Source: Alphaproteobacteria bacterium (lineage in GTDB: Bacteria; Pseudomonadota; Alphaproteobacteria; Micavibrionales; Micavibrionaceae). From it: DNA of 64,000 bases. This document shows positions 28,849 to 37,437 of this stretch, piece by piece. Where the stretch lies: assembly GCA_030426925.1 (NCBI GenBank), contig JAUHXT010000002.1, forward strand, positions 14,405 to 78,404, in the 5' to 3' direction. Made by a program: the position numbers and the translations under genes. Position 1 is the first letter of the stretch, and each line of letters opens with the position of its first letter. The notes beneath the pieces are model-generated. The model was not told the origin of the DNA, did no database searches, and was given only the letters and a program-made list of their open reading frames with translations.

Positions 28849-30378
28849 TTAATCCTCGACGTCGAACTGAACGCCCTGCGCCAGCGGGATTTCGGTGGAG
28901 TAATTCACTGTGGAGGTCATGCGGCGCATATAGGCTTTCCAGGCATCGGAGCCGCTTTCGCGCCCGCCGCCCGTTTCTTTTTCACCGCCGAACGCGCCGC
29001 CGATTTCTGCGCCTGACGTGCCGATATTGACGTTTGCCAGGCCGCAATCGCTGCCTGCGGCGGAGATAAACAATTCCGCTTCACGTATATCGTTGGTGAA
29101 GATGGAGGACGACAAACCCTGCGGTACATCGTTCTGCCGGGCGATGGCATTATCGAGGTCACTGTAACGGAAGACATATAAGATTGGCGCGAAGGTTTCT
29201 TCGCTGTTATTGGCGTGAATACCGTCAATTTCGACAAGCGCAGGATGCACGTAATACGCATCCGGATATTGCCCGGACAGCGCGCGTTCGCCGCCGGTAA
29301 TGGTCGCGCCCTTCGCTTTTTCCAGCGCGGCCTGCATCGCATCAAACGCGTCCTTGTCAATCAGCGGGCCGACCAGCGTTGTGCTGTCCAGCGGGTCGCC
29401 GATGCGCAGTTTTCCATACGCCGATTTCAGGCGCGGCACAAAATCGTCATACACGCTGTCATGCACGAAAATCCGGCGCGTGGTGGTGCAGCGCTGCCCG
29501 CAGGTTCCGACCGCGCCGAATAAAATACCCTGAAAGGCGAGATCAAGATCAGCCGTAGGTGCAACAATAATAGCGTTGTTGCCGCCAAGTTCCAGAATGC
29601 TTTTCCCGAAACGCCCGGCCACTTTCGGGCCGACGATTTTACCCATGCGGGTGCTGCCCGTCGCGCTGATAAGCGGCAGGCGTTTATCGGTCACCAGCAG
29701 GTCGCCGATATCCGCTTCACCAATCACGACCTGCATCAGCCCCTTCGGCGCTTTGCCGAAACGCTCGCACGCAATATCGAAGAGATGCTTACAGGCAAGG
29801 GCGGTGAGGGGTGTTTTTTCCGACGGCTTCCAGACAATAGGATCGCCGCACACAATCGCCAGGGCCGCGTTCCATGACCACACGGCAACCGGGAAGTTAA
29901 ACGCACTGATGACGCCGACAGGCCCAAGCGGATGCCACAGCTCGCGCATCGTATGGCCGGGGCGTTCGGAGGCTATGGTCAGGCCGTACAACTGACGGGA
30001 CAGGCCGACAGCAAAATCGCAGATATCAATCATCTCCTGCACTTCGCCAAGGCCTTCGCTTTTGATTTTTCCGTTTTCCAGTGTCACAAGCGCGCCAAGC
30101 GGCTCTTTATATTCGCGCAGTACTTCGCCAAGAATGCGGATAAGCTCCCCACGCACCGGGGCGGGGGTGGTGCGCCAGGTATCGAAAGCTTCGGCTGATT
30201 TCGCAATTGCAGCATCCGTCTCAGCCGCGGAATTCATTTGGACAGAAGCGATTTTCGCCCCGTCGATTGGCGAGAAAACGTCAAGGTTTCCGCCTTGCGT
30301 CAGGTCCTTGGTTAAGCCCAGTGTTTCAAAGATTTTGTCTTTTTGCATGGCTGCCTTCGCTTGGAATTCATCTAGCAC
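28849..30378 (-). CDS. ALDH7-type aldehyde dehydrogenase (aminoadipate-semialdehyde / piperideine-6-carboxylate dehydrogenase-like)
   Basis: GLGEVQEMIDICDFAVGLSRQLYG is the antiquitin-family signature. Also has ELGGNN and catalytic Cys in the GTCGQRCT context. Confidence 0.88.
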   Translation of the reverse strand: MLDEFQAKAAMQKDKIFETLGLTKDLTQGGNLDVFSPIDGAKIASVQMNSAAETDAAIAKSAEAFDTWRTTPAPVRGELIRILGEVLREYKEPLGALVTLENGKIKSEGLGEVQEMIDICDFAVGLSRQLYGLTIASERPGHTMRELWHPLGPVGVISAFNFPVAVWSWNAALAIVCGDPIVWKPSEKTPLTALACKHLFDIACERFGKAPKGLMQVVIGEADIGDLLVTDKRLPLISATGSTRMGKIVGPKVAGRFGKSILELGGNNAIIVAPTADLDLAFQGILFGAVGTCGQRCTTTRRIFVHDSVYDDFVPRLKSAYGKLRIGDPLDSTTLVGPLIDKDAFDAMQAALEKAKGATITGGERALSGQYPDAYYVHPALVEIDGIHANNSEETFAPILYVFRYSDLDNAIARQNDVPQGLSSSIFTNDIREAELFISAAGSDCGLANVNIGTSGAEIGGAFGGEKETGGGRESGSDAWKAYMRRMTSTVNYSTEIPLAQGVQFDVED

Positions 30379-30449
30379 AATATAACATGATTTTAACCCC
30401 TAATCCTGTATAATTAATTAAATACAAGGAGATAGCCTAGGAGGTCCCT

Positions 30450-31787
30450 ATGAAGCGCGCTGAGGTTGCCCGACGTCTTTGGAACGATTACCTGAAGGTG
30501 GAATATTACGAGCTTTCGGAGCTTGCACGCGAGGAATGGGACCCCGCCAAAGCATCGCACAGCTTGCCGCATTATACCCGCGACGGCGACCGTGTCGTCA
30601 GCGACGCGCAGGAAGGCGAATTTGTCGATAGCGTGTATACACAAAAAGGCGCGCGCGATGACCATTACGCCGTGCGCACATATATTCTGGATACCCCGAC
30701 CATGGGTGCGCAATTGGTGGACGGGAAGTTTCCTGACGAACATGTCTGGGGCAATATCAAATCCGATGGCCATCTGCCGCAGGGAATTCCGCTGGTTGGC
30801 CGTATTATGGGTGTACTGGGATATCGCCGCGGCACAAACAATCTGGGTGAAACCTATTTCAGTTTGAATTCGCCGACGGGTGAGCGCACGAAAAACATGT
30901 TTGCCGATGCGGTTCATCTGGACCCGCCGCTCGATGCGCCGGAACTGCCCAAACAATTTGTCAGCCAGATCCACATTACGGATTTGAAAAACACGCATCC
31001 GAAGCTGGCGGAATACATCACCGATATGATGCGCGCGGCGCCCGACCCGATGGAAGGGCTGGAAGACATCATGGAAAAACTAAGCCGTGACGAAGAGGTC
31101 AGCGAGGAGGAAGCGAAGAGATTTTTGGAAGGCGCTGCCTTATCAATCAAGGAACGTCCCTGGAAAATCCCGCTGGAAAATGCGCTGGCCGAAAACTGGA
31201 GCGTGGAAAAATGGGATGCGGAATGCACAAGGCTGGATGAGGTACTGGAAGAACATAACAGTGACCCGACGGAAGCCAGCCAGTATGCCGTCTGGACGAT
31301 TTTTAACGGCCTGCGCGTGAACCATGAAGCGTTCTTAACAGGCAATATCTGGGACACGATGCTGTGTCATATTATTGACGGGCGGAAGGTGATTGACCCG
31401 GCAGGAACGGAAAAATCGCTGCTGGACCCGGAAACAGGTATGGAACTGGGCGGGCTGTTGCAGGCCGCCGTGGCCGCTATCCCGCGTGTATTTTCCTTCG
31501 ATGGACCGGACGGCAAGCACTATGATTTCGATGGTGAAGGCCCGTTCGTCGAATATATCGAACGCACAATGCATAAACCGGACGGGGAATGGGTGCGTTT
31601 GAACGATGCGTTCCTGCCTGGAAACGCCAAACAGGTGTTCCAGTCCACAATGCCCAAAACACGCGGCGCGCAAAGTTGGGCCGACGAAATGAAGCAGAAA
31701 TTTGAGAGAGATCCGACGGCGTTACTGGCAGAGTGTAAGGAAAAGGGCTGGATTAAGTCGATGGAGCGGCTAGAGAAGCTCGTTTAG
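30450..31787 (+). CDS. Hypothetical protein, function unknown (445 aa, acidic)
   Basis: Long clean ORF with an AGGAGG SD. No family recognised with confidence (see findings for a tentative DUF1338/HglS idea). Confidence 0.8.
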   Translation: MKRAEVARRLWNDYLKVEYYELSELAREEWDPAKASHSLPHYTRDGDRVVSDAQEGEFVDSVYTQKGARDDHYAVRTYILDTPTMGAQLVDGKFPDEHVWGNIKSDGHLPQGIPLVGRIMGVLGYRRGTNNLGETYFSLNSPTGERTKNMFADAVHLDPPLDAPELPKQFVSQIHITDLKNTHPKLAEYITDMMRAAPDPMEGLEDIMEKLSRDEEVSEEEAKRFLEGAALSIKERPWKIPLENALAENWSVEKWDAECTRLDEVLEEHNSDPTEASQYAVWTIFNGLRVNHEAFLTGNIWDTMLCHIIDGRKVIDPAGTEKSLLDPETGMELGGLLQAAVAAIPRVFSFDGPDGKHYDFDGEGPFVEYIERTMHKPDGEWVRLNDAFLPGNAKQVFQSTMPKTRGAQSWADEMKQKFERDPTALLAECKEKGWIKSMERLEKLV

Positions 31788-34586
31788 CAGTTCCAGCGGA
31801 TGTTTCACATGAAACCCTTCCAGCCGCTTGATTTGCGAGCGGCAGGAGTACCCGGTCACCAGTGCCGTTTCGTTTATTTTGCCCTTCCAGCTTAAATCAT
31901 ACAGCCCCTCGGAATAGTCGGCATGCTCCGCTTCATGCCCGTAAATGCCGGCCATGCCGCAACACCCGGTCTGGATAATCTCTACATTGATGTTGAAGGC
32001 CTTTAATATTGCGGACCATTCATCTGCGCTTTGCGGTTTCATGGTCTTTTCCGTGCAATGCAGGAATAACGGGTAAACGCTTTGCGGGATGGTTTGTATT
32101 TTCGGCAGGCTGGAATCCTGAACCGCGATGGACAGGAATTCCTGTAGCAGCAGGACAGAATAGCGCGGCTTTTTACCAAGGATTTTCGAATATTCATCAC
32201 GGTAGATCAGCGTGGTGCTGGGGTCTATCCCGACCATGGGAATACCAAAGCGTGCCTTGTTTTCAAAAAAGGCGATATTGCCAAGCGCAATATGTCTGAA
32301 CTTTTCTTTAAATCCGCGTACATGCCAGCTTTTTCCGCTCTGCCGGAACGGCAGGACCAGCGGTTCATAGCCAATCTTTCGCAGGATTTGCAGAACGCTC
32401 AACACCGTCTGCGCTTCATAAAACGAGGTGTAGGCGTCCTGCACGATCAACACAGGGTTGTCAGCATGCTTGATGGCATGCGGGGTTGCAAAATGAAACC
32501 CGTTCTTGCGCATCAGTGTTTTCAGCGACGGTCGGCAGGGCTTCGGAATGTCTTTAAGCCCGAACATATCGGTGGGAACGAATGGAATAAACCGCGCGAT
32601 CTGCGCATACAGCTCCGCCCGTCCGGTCAGATAGTCACGGTAAGGGCGGTGCTTGCTTTTATAATATTCGTCCAGGAAATCAATTTTCATGTCCGGGATA
32701 TTGACGTGGATAGGGCAGGTAGACGTGCAGGCTTTGCAGGACAGGCAACCGTGTAAAGACTCCCGCACTTCATGCGAAAACGCGCGGGCGGCTTTCGCAT
32801 CCGTACTTTTTAGCCGTATCCATTCACGCAGTATGGCCGCGCGCCCTTTGGGGGAATGTTTCCGGTCTTTTGTGATTTTGTAGGACGGACACATGGTGTC
32901 ATCGGGCATGGCACTAAAACAAAGGCCGTTGCCGTTACACTGTGTGGCTTTGGGAAACGCTTCCTGCCATTGTGGGCTTATCTGGCGGTCATAGGCGCCG
33001 CGCATAGGCACATCGTCGATTTTTTTAATGTCCGGCCCGGCAATTTTACCGGGGTTCAGCTTGTTATGCGGGTCGAGCAGGGACTTAATGTCCTGCATCA
33101 CCTTGTAATATAGCGTTCCGGCAAGCGCTTCGGTGTATTCGCCGCGCATGCCTTTGCCGTGTTCGCCCCACAGGACGCCGCCATGTTTTTTCACAAGCGC
33201 CACAACGTCATCACTCAGGATGCGGATAAATTTCTCATCGTCCGTAAGCCGTAGGTCGAGGGCAGGACGCACATGCAGGCATCCGGCATCGGAATGTCCG
33301 AAAATGCCGCACACAAGATCATGCTTTGCCAGCATGGCTTTGAGGTCGGAAATATAATCCGCAAGATTGTCCGGCGGCACGGCCGTGTCTTCCATAAACG
33401 GAACCGGCCTGCGGTTGCCGTCCATGTTGCCGAGCAGCCCGACACATTTGCTGCGTAAGGATGAAATGCTTTGAATAGTTTTAGGGTCGGTTGTCGTTAT
33501 ATAACCAAGCACGCCGGGAGTTCCGGCCAGTACTTCTTCGAACACTTCGCACTGGTTTTGCAAAAGGTCGGCATCATCATTTTCAAACTCGACGAAATGG
33601 ATGGCCTTCACGGCTGCCGGGTCGGCGTAATCGGACAGGACGGCTTTCAGGTCGTGCCACAAAATATCACCGCGCGCGAGGTCAAGGATATGATCGTCGA
33701 TGGTTTCAATCGCCACCGGATCATGTTCGAGGATGGCCGAAACATGTCGCAGGGCTGTATCGAAATTGCCGTATAGAACACTGACCAGGGACTTACGTTC
33801 GACTTTCGGCACGATTTTAAGCTTTATTTCTTTCAAGACGGCCAGTGACCCTTCCGATCCTGCAATAAGCCTGGTCATGTCAAAGACGCCGCTTTCATAC
33901 GTACCGAGAAGGTCATAGGCGCTGAGCCCGCGCGGCAGGTCGGGCGCACTGCCGCGAATGGCGTCATATTGTTCTTTGATAAGATTGGCAAGCGCGTCAT
34001 TCGCATGGCTTTTTGTTTCTATCTCGCGCCCGTTTGCCAGAAGGCATGTCAGCGACAGGCAATAATCGCTGGTTTTTCCATACACGCGCGATCCTTTTCC
34101 GCAGGCGTCGGTCGAAACCATACCGCCGAGGGTGCAGGATTTGCTGGTGGAAATGTGAACAGGAAAAACCATGCCATAGGATTTTAATGCTGCGTTCAGT
34201 TGATCAAGGACAACGCCGGGTTCGCAGCGCACATATCCCTCGGCCGCATTGATATTGATAATCCGGGTCAGGTATTTTCCAGTGTCGATAATCACACAGT
34301 TATTTAAGCTTTGCCCGTTGGTTCCCGTGCCGCCGCCGCGCGGCATGAAGCGCACATCGGCAAAGTCATCCTGCGCGCCCAGCTCCATGATGATGTTCAG
34401 ATCCTTTTGAACGCGCGGTGCCAGAACGGCCTGCGGCATCACCTGGTAAATACTGTTATCCGTCGCATTCATAAGCCTGTCGGCATGGCTGGTCAGGATA
34501 TCGCCCTGATAAGCGCCGGTTTTCAGCGCATCAAGGAAACGTGCCACGGTGTCGGGCATAGCTGCAGGGCCGTCTTTTGGGTTCAT
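31770..34586 (-). CDS. FAD-linked oxidase fused to Fe-S/CCG domains (YdiJ-like, D-2-hydroxyacid dehydrogenase type)
   Basis: N-terminal PCMH FAD domain (PRGGGTGTNGQS), a middle 4Fe-4S motif CLSCKACTSTCP, and a C-terminal CCG motif GCCGMAG. Length of 938 aa. Confidence 0.88.
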   Translation of the reverse strand: MNPKDGPAAMPDTVARFLDALKTGAYQGDILTSHADRLMNATDNSIYQVMPQAVLAPRVQKDLNIIMELGAQDDFADVRFMPRGGGTGTNGQSLNNCVIIDTGKYLTRIININAAEGYVRCEPGVVLDQLNAALKSYGMVFPVHISTSKSCTLGGMVSTDACGKGSRVYGKTSDYCLSLTCLLANGREIETKSHANDALANLIKEQYDAIRGSAPDLPRGLSAYDLLGTYESGVFDMTRLIAGSEGSLAVLKEIKLKIVPKVERKSLVSVLYGNFDTALRHVSAILEHDPVAIETIDDHILDLARGDILWHDLKAVLSDYADPAAVKAIHFVEFENDDADLLQNQCEVFEEVLAGTPGVLGYITTTDPKTIQSISSLRSKCVGLLGNMDGNRRPVPFMEDTAVPPDNLADYISDLKAMLAKHDLVCGIFGHSDAGCLHVRPALDLRLTDDEKFIRILSDDVVALVKKHGGVLWGEHGKGMRGEYTEALAGTLYYKVMQDIKSLLDPHNKLNPGKIAGPDIKKIDDVPMRGAYDRQISPQWQEAFPKATQCNGNGLCFSAMPDDTMCPSYKITKDRKHSPKGRAAILREWIRLKSTDAKAARAFSHEVRESLHGCLSCKACTSTCPIHVNIPDMKIDFLDEYYKSKHRPYRDYLTGRAELYAQIARFIPFVPTDMFGLKDIPKPCRPSLKTLMRKNGFHFATPHAIKHADNPVLIVQDAYTSFYEAQTVLSVLQILRKIGYEPLVLPFRQSGKSWHVRGFKEKFRHIALGNIAFFENKARFGIPMVGIDPSTTLIYRDEYSKILGKKPRYSVLLLQEFLSIAVQDSSLPKIQTIPQSVYPLFLHCTEKTMKPQSADEWSAILKAFNINVEIIQTGCCGMAGIYGHEAEHADYSEGLYDLSWKGKINETALVTGYSCRSQIKRLEGFHVKHPLELLNELL

Positions 34587-34638
34587 TTCTGCATTTTACC
34601 ATGAAAAACAAACCCTTATAAGAAAGTTTTTGCTTCCT

Positions 34639-35910
34639 TTAAATGCCCTCGTCATTCATATCGAATTGCTGGACGTTGCTGACTTCAATACGCACATCAA
34701 TCGTGGTACTAGGGCTGAAACGAAACGCCAGATCACTGGACCATCCGCTCAGGGTGCTGCCGTGTTCTTCCGGTGCATTGATGAATACGCCGTTGACCAC
34801 AAAGGGTATGCCGCCTTCGCCTGCCGGGGAATACCGGGAAGTGAAGATATGTTTGCCGTAGGCGGCTTCGAGCCCCATGCCCTGTAATCCGATCGGTGCG
34901 CTGGTTCCGTCGGAGGCCGTCACCTTGATATTGCCGATCATTAAAATGCCGCTATCGACGGTATAGGCATGCGAAATGGATTCCCGTAAATAAATATCGA
35001 CGTTGCCGGATGGCGATGTTCCCGTAATCGTCAGGATTTGACTGTCCGAACTATTGAGCGTTCCTTTTGAAGCGACGCAGGTGAGGCCCGTAACGTTGTT
35101 GGCAACCAGTTGCAGGCCGTCCGCAACAACGCCTGTAAAATCACTGTCTACAGTGCCGCCGGAACCCGAAAAATCGGCGGGATAGATATTGGTGAAAGCG
35201 GCCGTCCAGTCGTAGGCGGTTCCACTGTCCAGGTCATCGGCGATCGCGGAAAAGATATTATTGGCCAGTTTATAGGCGCCTTCGTTGCTAAGGTGCACGC
35301 CATCAAAACTGTCCGCTCCGGCGCCGCCCATACCGTCATGAAATGAAATGCCGTCCCATATGGCGTCAGGCAGAATTTCGAGGTTGCTGTAAGTGCCGGT
35401 AGCCGTGCCGCGCAACCAGGAAAGGTTTGTAACATTGCGTGCAGCTATTATTGAGTCACCGTCAACCGTGACCGTTTCGGCAAACGGAATGACATATATT
35501 TTTTCGGCGGAGGAAAGCTCGGTAAAAATCGTTTCAAAATTTGTTTGCTGCTCTCCTGCCGTCACCGAGTTATTGTCATTTTGCCCCATGAAGATAATGT
35601 AAATGCCGTCATGGGAATGAAAGGTCGAAGCCCTGGCAGCGATCTGCGCCGAGGTATCTCCGCCAACACCGCTATTCCCGCCATAAACGGATGCTCCGCC
35701 TTTGTTGACTGTCTGGGGGAAGAGCAGACGGCCGGAAAGCGCGAGGTTGAGCCAGTAGGAATAGGATTTTGTTCTGTAATCGCCATATGTCATGGAATCT
35801 CCCACGACGCTCATTGGCGTTCCGATGGCAATGCCGGAAGAACTGACAGGTGGCTCAGGCGGTGTCGTTGGCGCCGACGCTTTGCCGACACCATTGAGGA
35901 ATGAAAGCAT
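34639..35910 (-). CDS. SGNH/GDSL hydrolase with C-terminal beta-rich domain
   Basis: Block I VGDSMTYG, block III FMGQNDN and block V DGVHLS. About 200 aa of G/S/T-rich, beta-looking C-terminal sequence follows. No signal peptide seen. Confidence 0.8.
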   Translation of the reverse strand: MLSFLNGVGKASAPTTPPEPPVSSSGIAIGTPMSVVGDSMTYGDYRTKSYSYWLNLALSGRLLFPQTVNKGGASVYGGNSGVGGDTSAQIAARASTFHSHDGIYIIFMGQNDNNSVTAGEQQTNFETIFTELSSAEKIYVIPFAETVTVDGDSIIAARNVTNLSWLRGTATGTYSNLEILPDAIWDGISFHDGMGGAGADSFDGVHLSNEGAYKLANNIFSAIADDLDSGTAYDWTAAFTNIYPADFSGSGGTVDSDFTGVVADGLQLVANNVTGLTCVASKGTLNSSDSQILTITGTSPSGNVDIYLRESISHAYTVDSGILMIGNIKVTASDGTSAPIGLQGMGLEAAYGKHIFTSRYSPAGEGGIPFVVNGVFINAPEEHGSTLSGWSSDLAFRFSPSTTIDVRIEVSNVQQFDMNDEGI

Positions 35911-35943
35911 GAAACTGCTCCTTAATTGTTTGGGGTTCTGGGC

Positions 35944-35972
35944 AAAAAAACAGGCCCTAAAGGAAGGGCCTG
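35944..35972 (-). terminator. Intrinsic terminator-like hairpin 35 nt upstream of the SGNH start codon
   Basis: The minus strand reads CAGGCCC-loop-GGGCCTG followed by TTTTTTT. Confidence 0.6.
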
Positions 35973-36055
35973 ATAAGAAGGAGATGGAGTCCTCCTGAAT
36001 ATGAGGAATAAATTCCTACATTTATGCAAATTTGTCAAGGATTTTTTAAAAGCGC

Positions 36056-36084
36056 AAAAAAAGGCCGGGATGGAAGTCCCGGCC
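36056..36084 (-). terminator. Intrinsic terminator of the KamA-like/aminotransferase operon
   Basis: The minus strand reads GGCCGGGA-cttcca-TCCCGGCC followed by TTTTTTT, 26 nt after the aminotransferase stop. Confidence 0.65.
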
Positions 36085-36109
36085 CTGAAATATATGGATG
36101 GAGTAAAAT

Positions 36110-37420
36110 CTACGCCGCTTTTTTGTTCGTATTCGCTCCGGCATCGGCGAGGAAACGCCCGAAAATTTCGATCGATTCCAGCACGCGCGGTGCGTATTTT
36201 TCAACGAACGCCATGTTCAGTTCTTCACCGTTCTGGTACGCCTTCAGCGCTTCCGCAGCCTTGTCGCGGTAATCGCAACCGGACAGACGCAGCGTCAAAA
36301 CATCTTCCGGCGCGCCGAACGCCTTACCCGGCAGGGTCGCCAGATTGTATTTTTCCAACAGCGCCACGTGAACATCCTGCGATGTTTTAATGCCTGCAGC
36401 CGCAAGTTCTTTTTTGAACGGTGCAAAGTTCGGGTAGGTGTAGAACGCGCCGCGTGCCTGCGGGCAGTCGATCCCTAAATCTTTCAGACCGCCGGAAATA
36501 GTGCCGTTCATCAGCGCGTGAATATCGGTACAGGCCTTGATGTGGTCTTCGACATCTTTGTGGCCTTTATAGGCTTCAATCGCCGCGAATTGCAGCGGCC
36601 CGTTGATGCAGGACCATGTCTCGCTGATATAACGGCACAGCGCGCCTTGCAGCCCTTCCACGCCTTTCGGGATAAAGCCGACACCAAAGCGCCAGCCACC
36701 AAGGGACAGGTGCTTGGACAGACCGGTCGTGATCGCTGAAATACCCGGTGCGTATTTTGTGATGCTGTTATATTCCCCGTCAAAGGACACAAGCCCGTAA
36801 ATCTCGTCGGAGATAATGAAGATCCCTTCTTCCTGACAGACTTTGGCGATCCCTTCCATCTCGTCCGCAGGGATATTCGTTCCTGCCGGGTTATTGGGGG
36901 AGTTCAGGATAATCTTGGACGGGTTCAGCCCTTCCGCCCGTGCCTTTTTAATACATTCACGCAGGACGTCCGGGTCAATGTGATACCCGCTGTCGTTCAG
37001 TGTCAGCGGCACACGGATTGATTTTGTGTGCAGCAGTTTGGCCTGTGGCACATAGCTGACCCAGCTTGGGTCGGGGTAGAGCAAATCGCCTTTGATCGCC
37101 GCTTGCAGAGCAAACAGGATCAGCTTGCTGCCCGGCGCTGTAATCAGATCACATTGGTCAACATAATCACCAACCAGCGGCCGGTAGTATTCGCGGATTG
37201 TTTCCAGCAGTTCGGGAATACCGGCGGCCGGGTAATATTCTTTTTTATCGGCATTGTCCGCCAGCGCTTTTTGCAGGCGTTCCGGCACTGGAAATGGTGA
37301 TTCCCCAAAGCCCATGTGGTAAACCGTTTCACCTTTCGCACGTTTTTCCCACACAAGGTCGTTCGCCCACAAAGTCGGGGAGTGTGGGATGGATTTGATT
37401 TCGTCAGATAACTCGATCAT
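36110..37420 (-). CDS. PLP-dependent aminotransferase, class I/II
   Basis: GFGESPFP, the PNNPAG motif, and PLP-lysine context GLSKHLSLGGWRFG. Confidence 0.88.
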   Translation of the reverse strand: MIELSDEIKSIPHSPTLWANDLVWEKRAKGETVYHMGFGESPFPVPERLQKALADNADKKEYYPAAGIPELLETIREYYRPLVGDYVDQCDLITAPGSKLILFALQAAIKGDLLYPDPSWVSYVPQAKLLHTKSIRVPLTLNDSGYHIDPDVLRECIKKARAEGLNPSKIILNSPNNPAGTNIPADEMEGIAKVCQEEGIFIISDEIYGLVSFDGEYNSITKYAPGISAITTGLSKHLSLGGWRFGVGFIPKGVEGLQGALCRYISETWSCINGPLQFAAIEAYKGHKDVEDHIKACTDIHALMNGTISGGLKDLGIDCPQARGAFYTYPNFAPFKKELAAAGIKTSQDVHVALLEKYNLATLPGKAFGAPEDVLTLRLSGCDYRDKAAEALKAYQNGEELNMAFVEKYAPRVLESIEIFGRFLADAGANTNKKAA

Positions 37421-37437
37421 TGTACTGCTTCCTCTTT

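Noticed and set aside
30414-30998. 194-aa minus-strand ORF overlapping the start of the 445-aa orphan gene
   Set aside because: The plus-strand ORF is far longer, has an AGGAGG SD and ordinary composition. The minus-strand product is Arg/His/Ile-rich and would run through the divergent promoter region.
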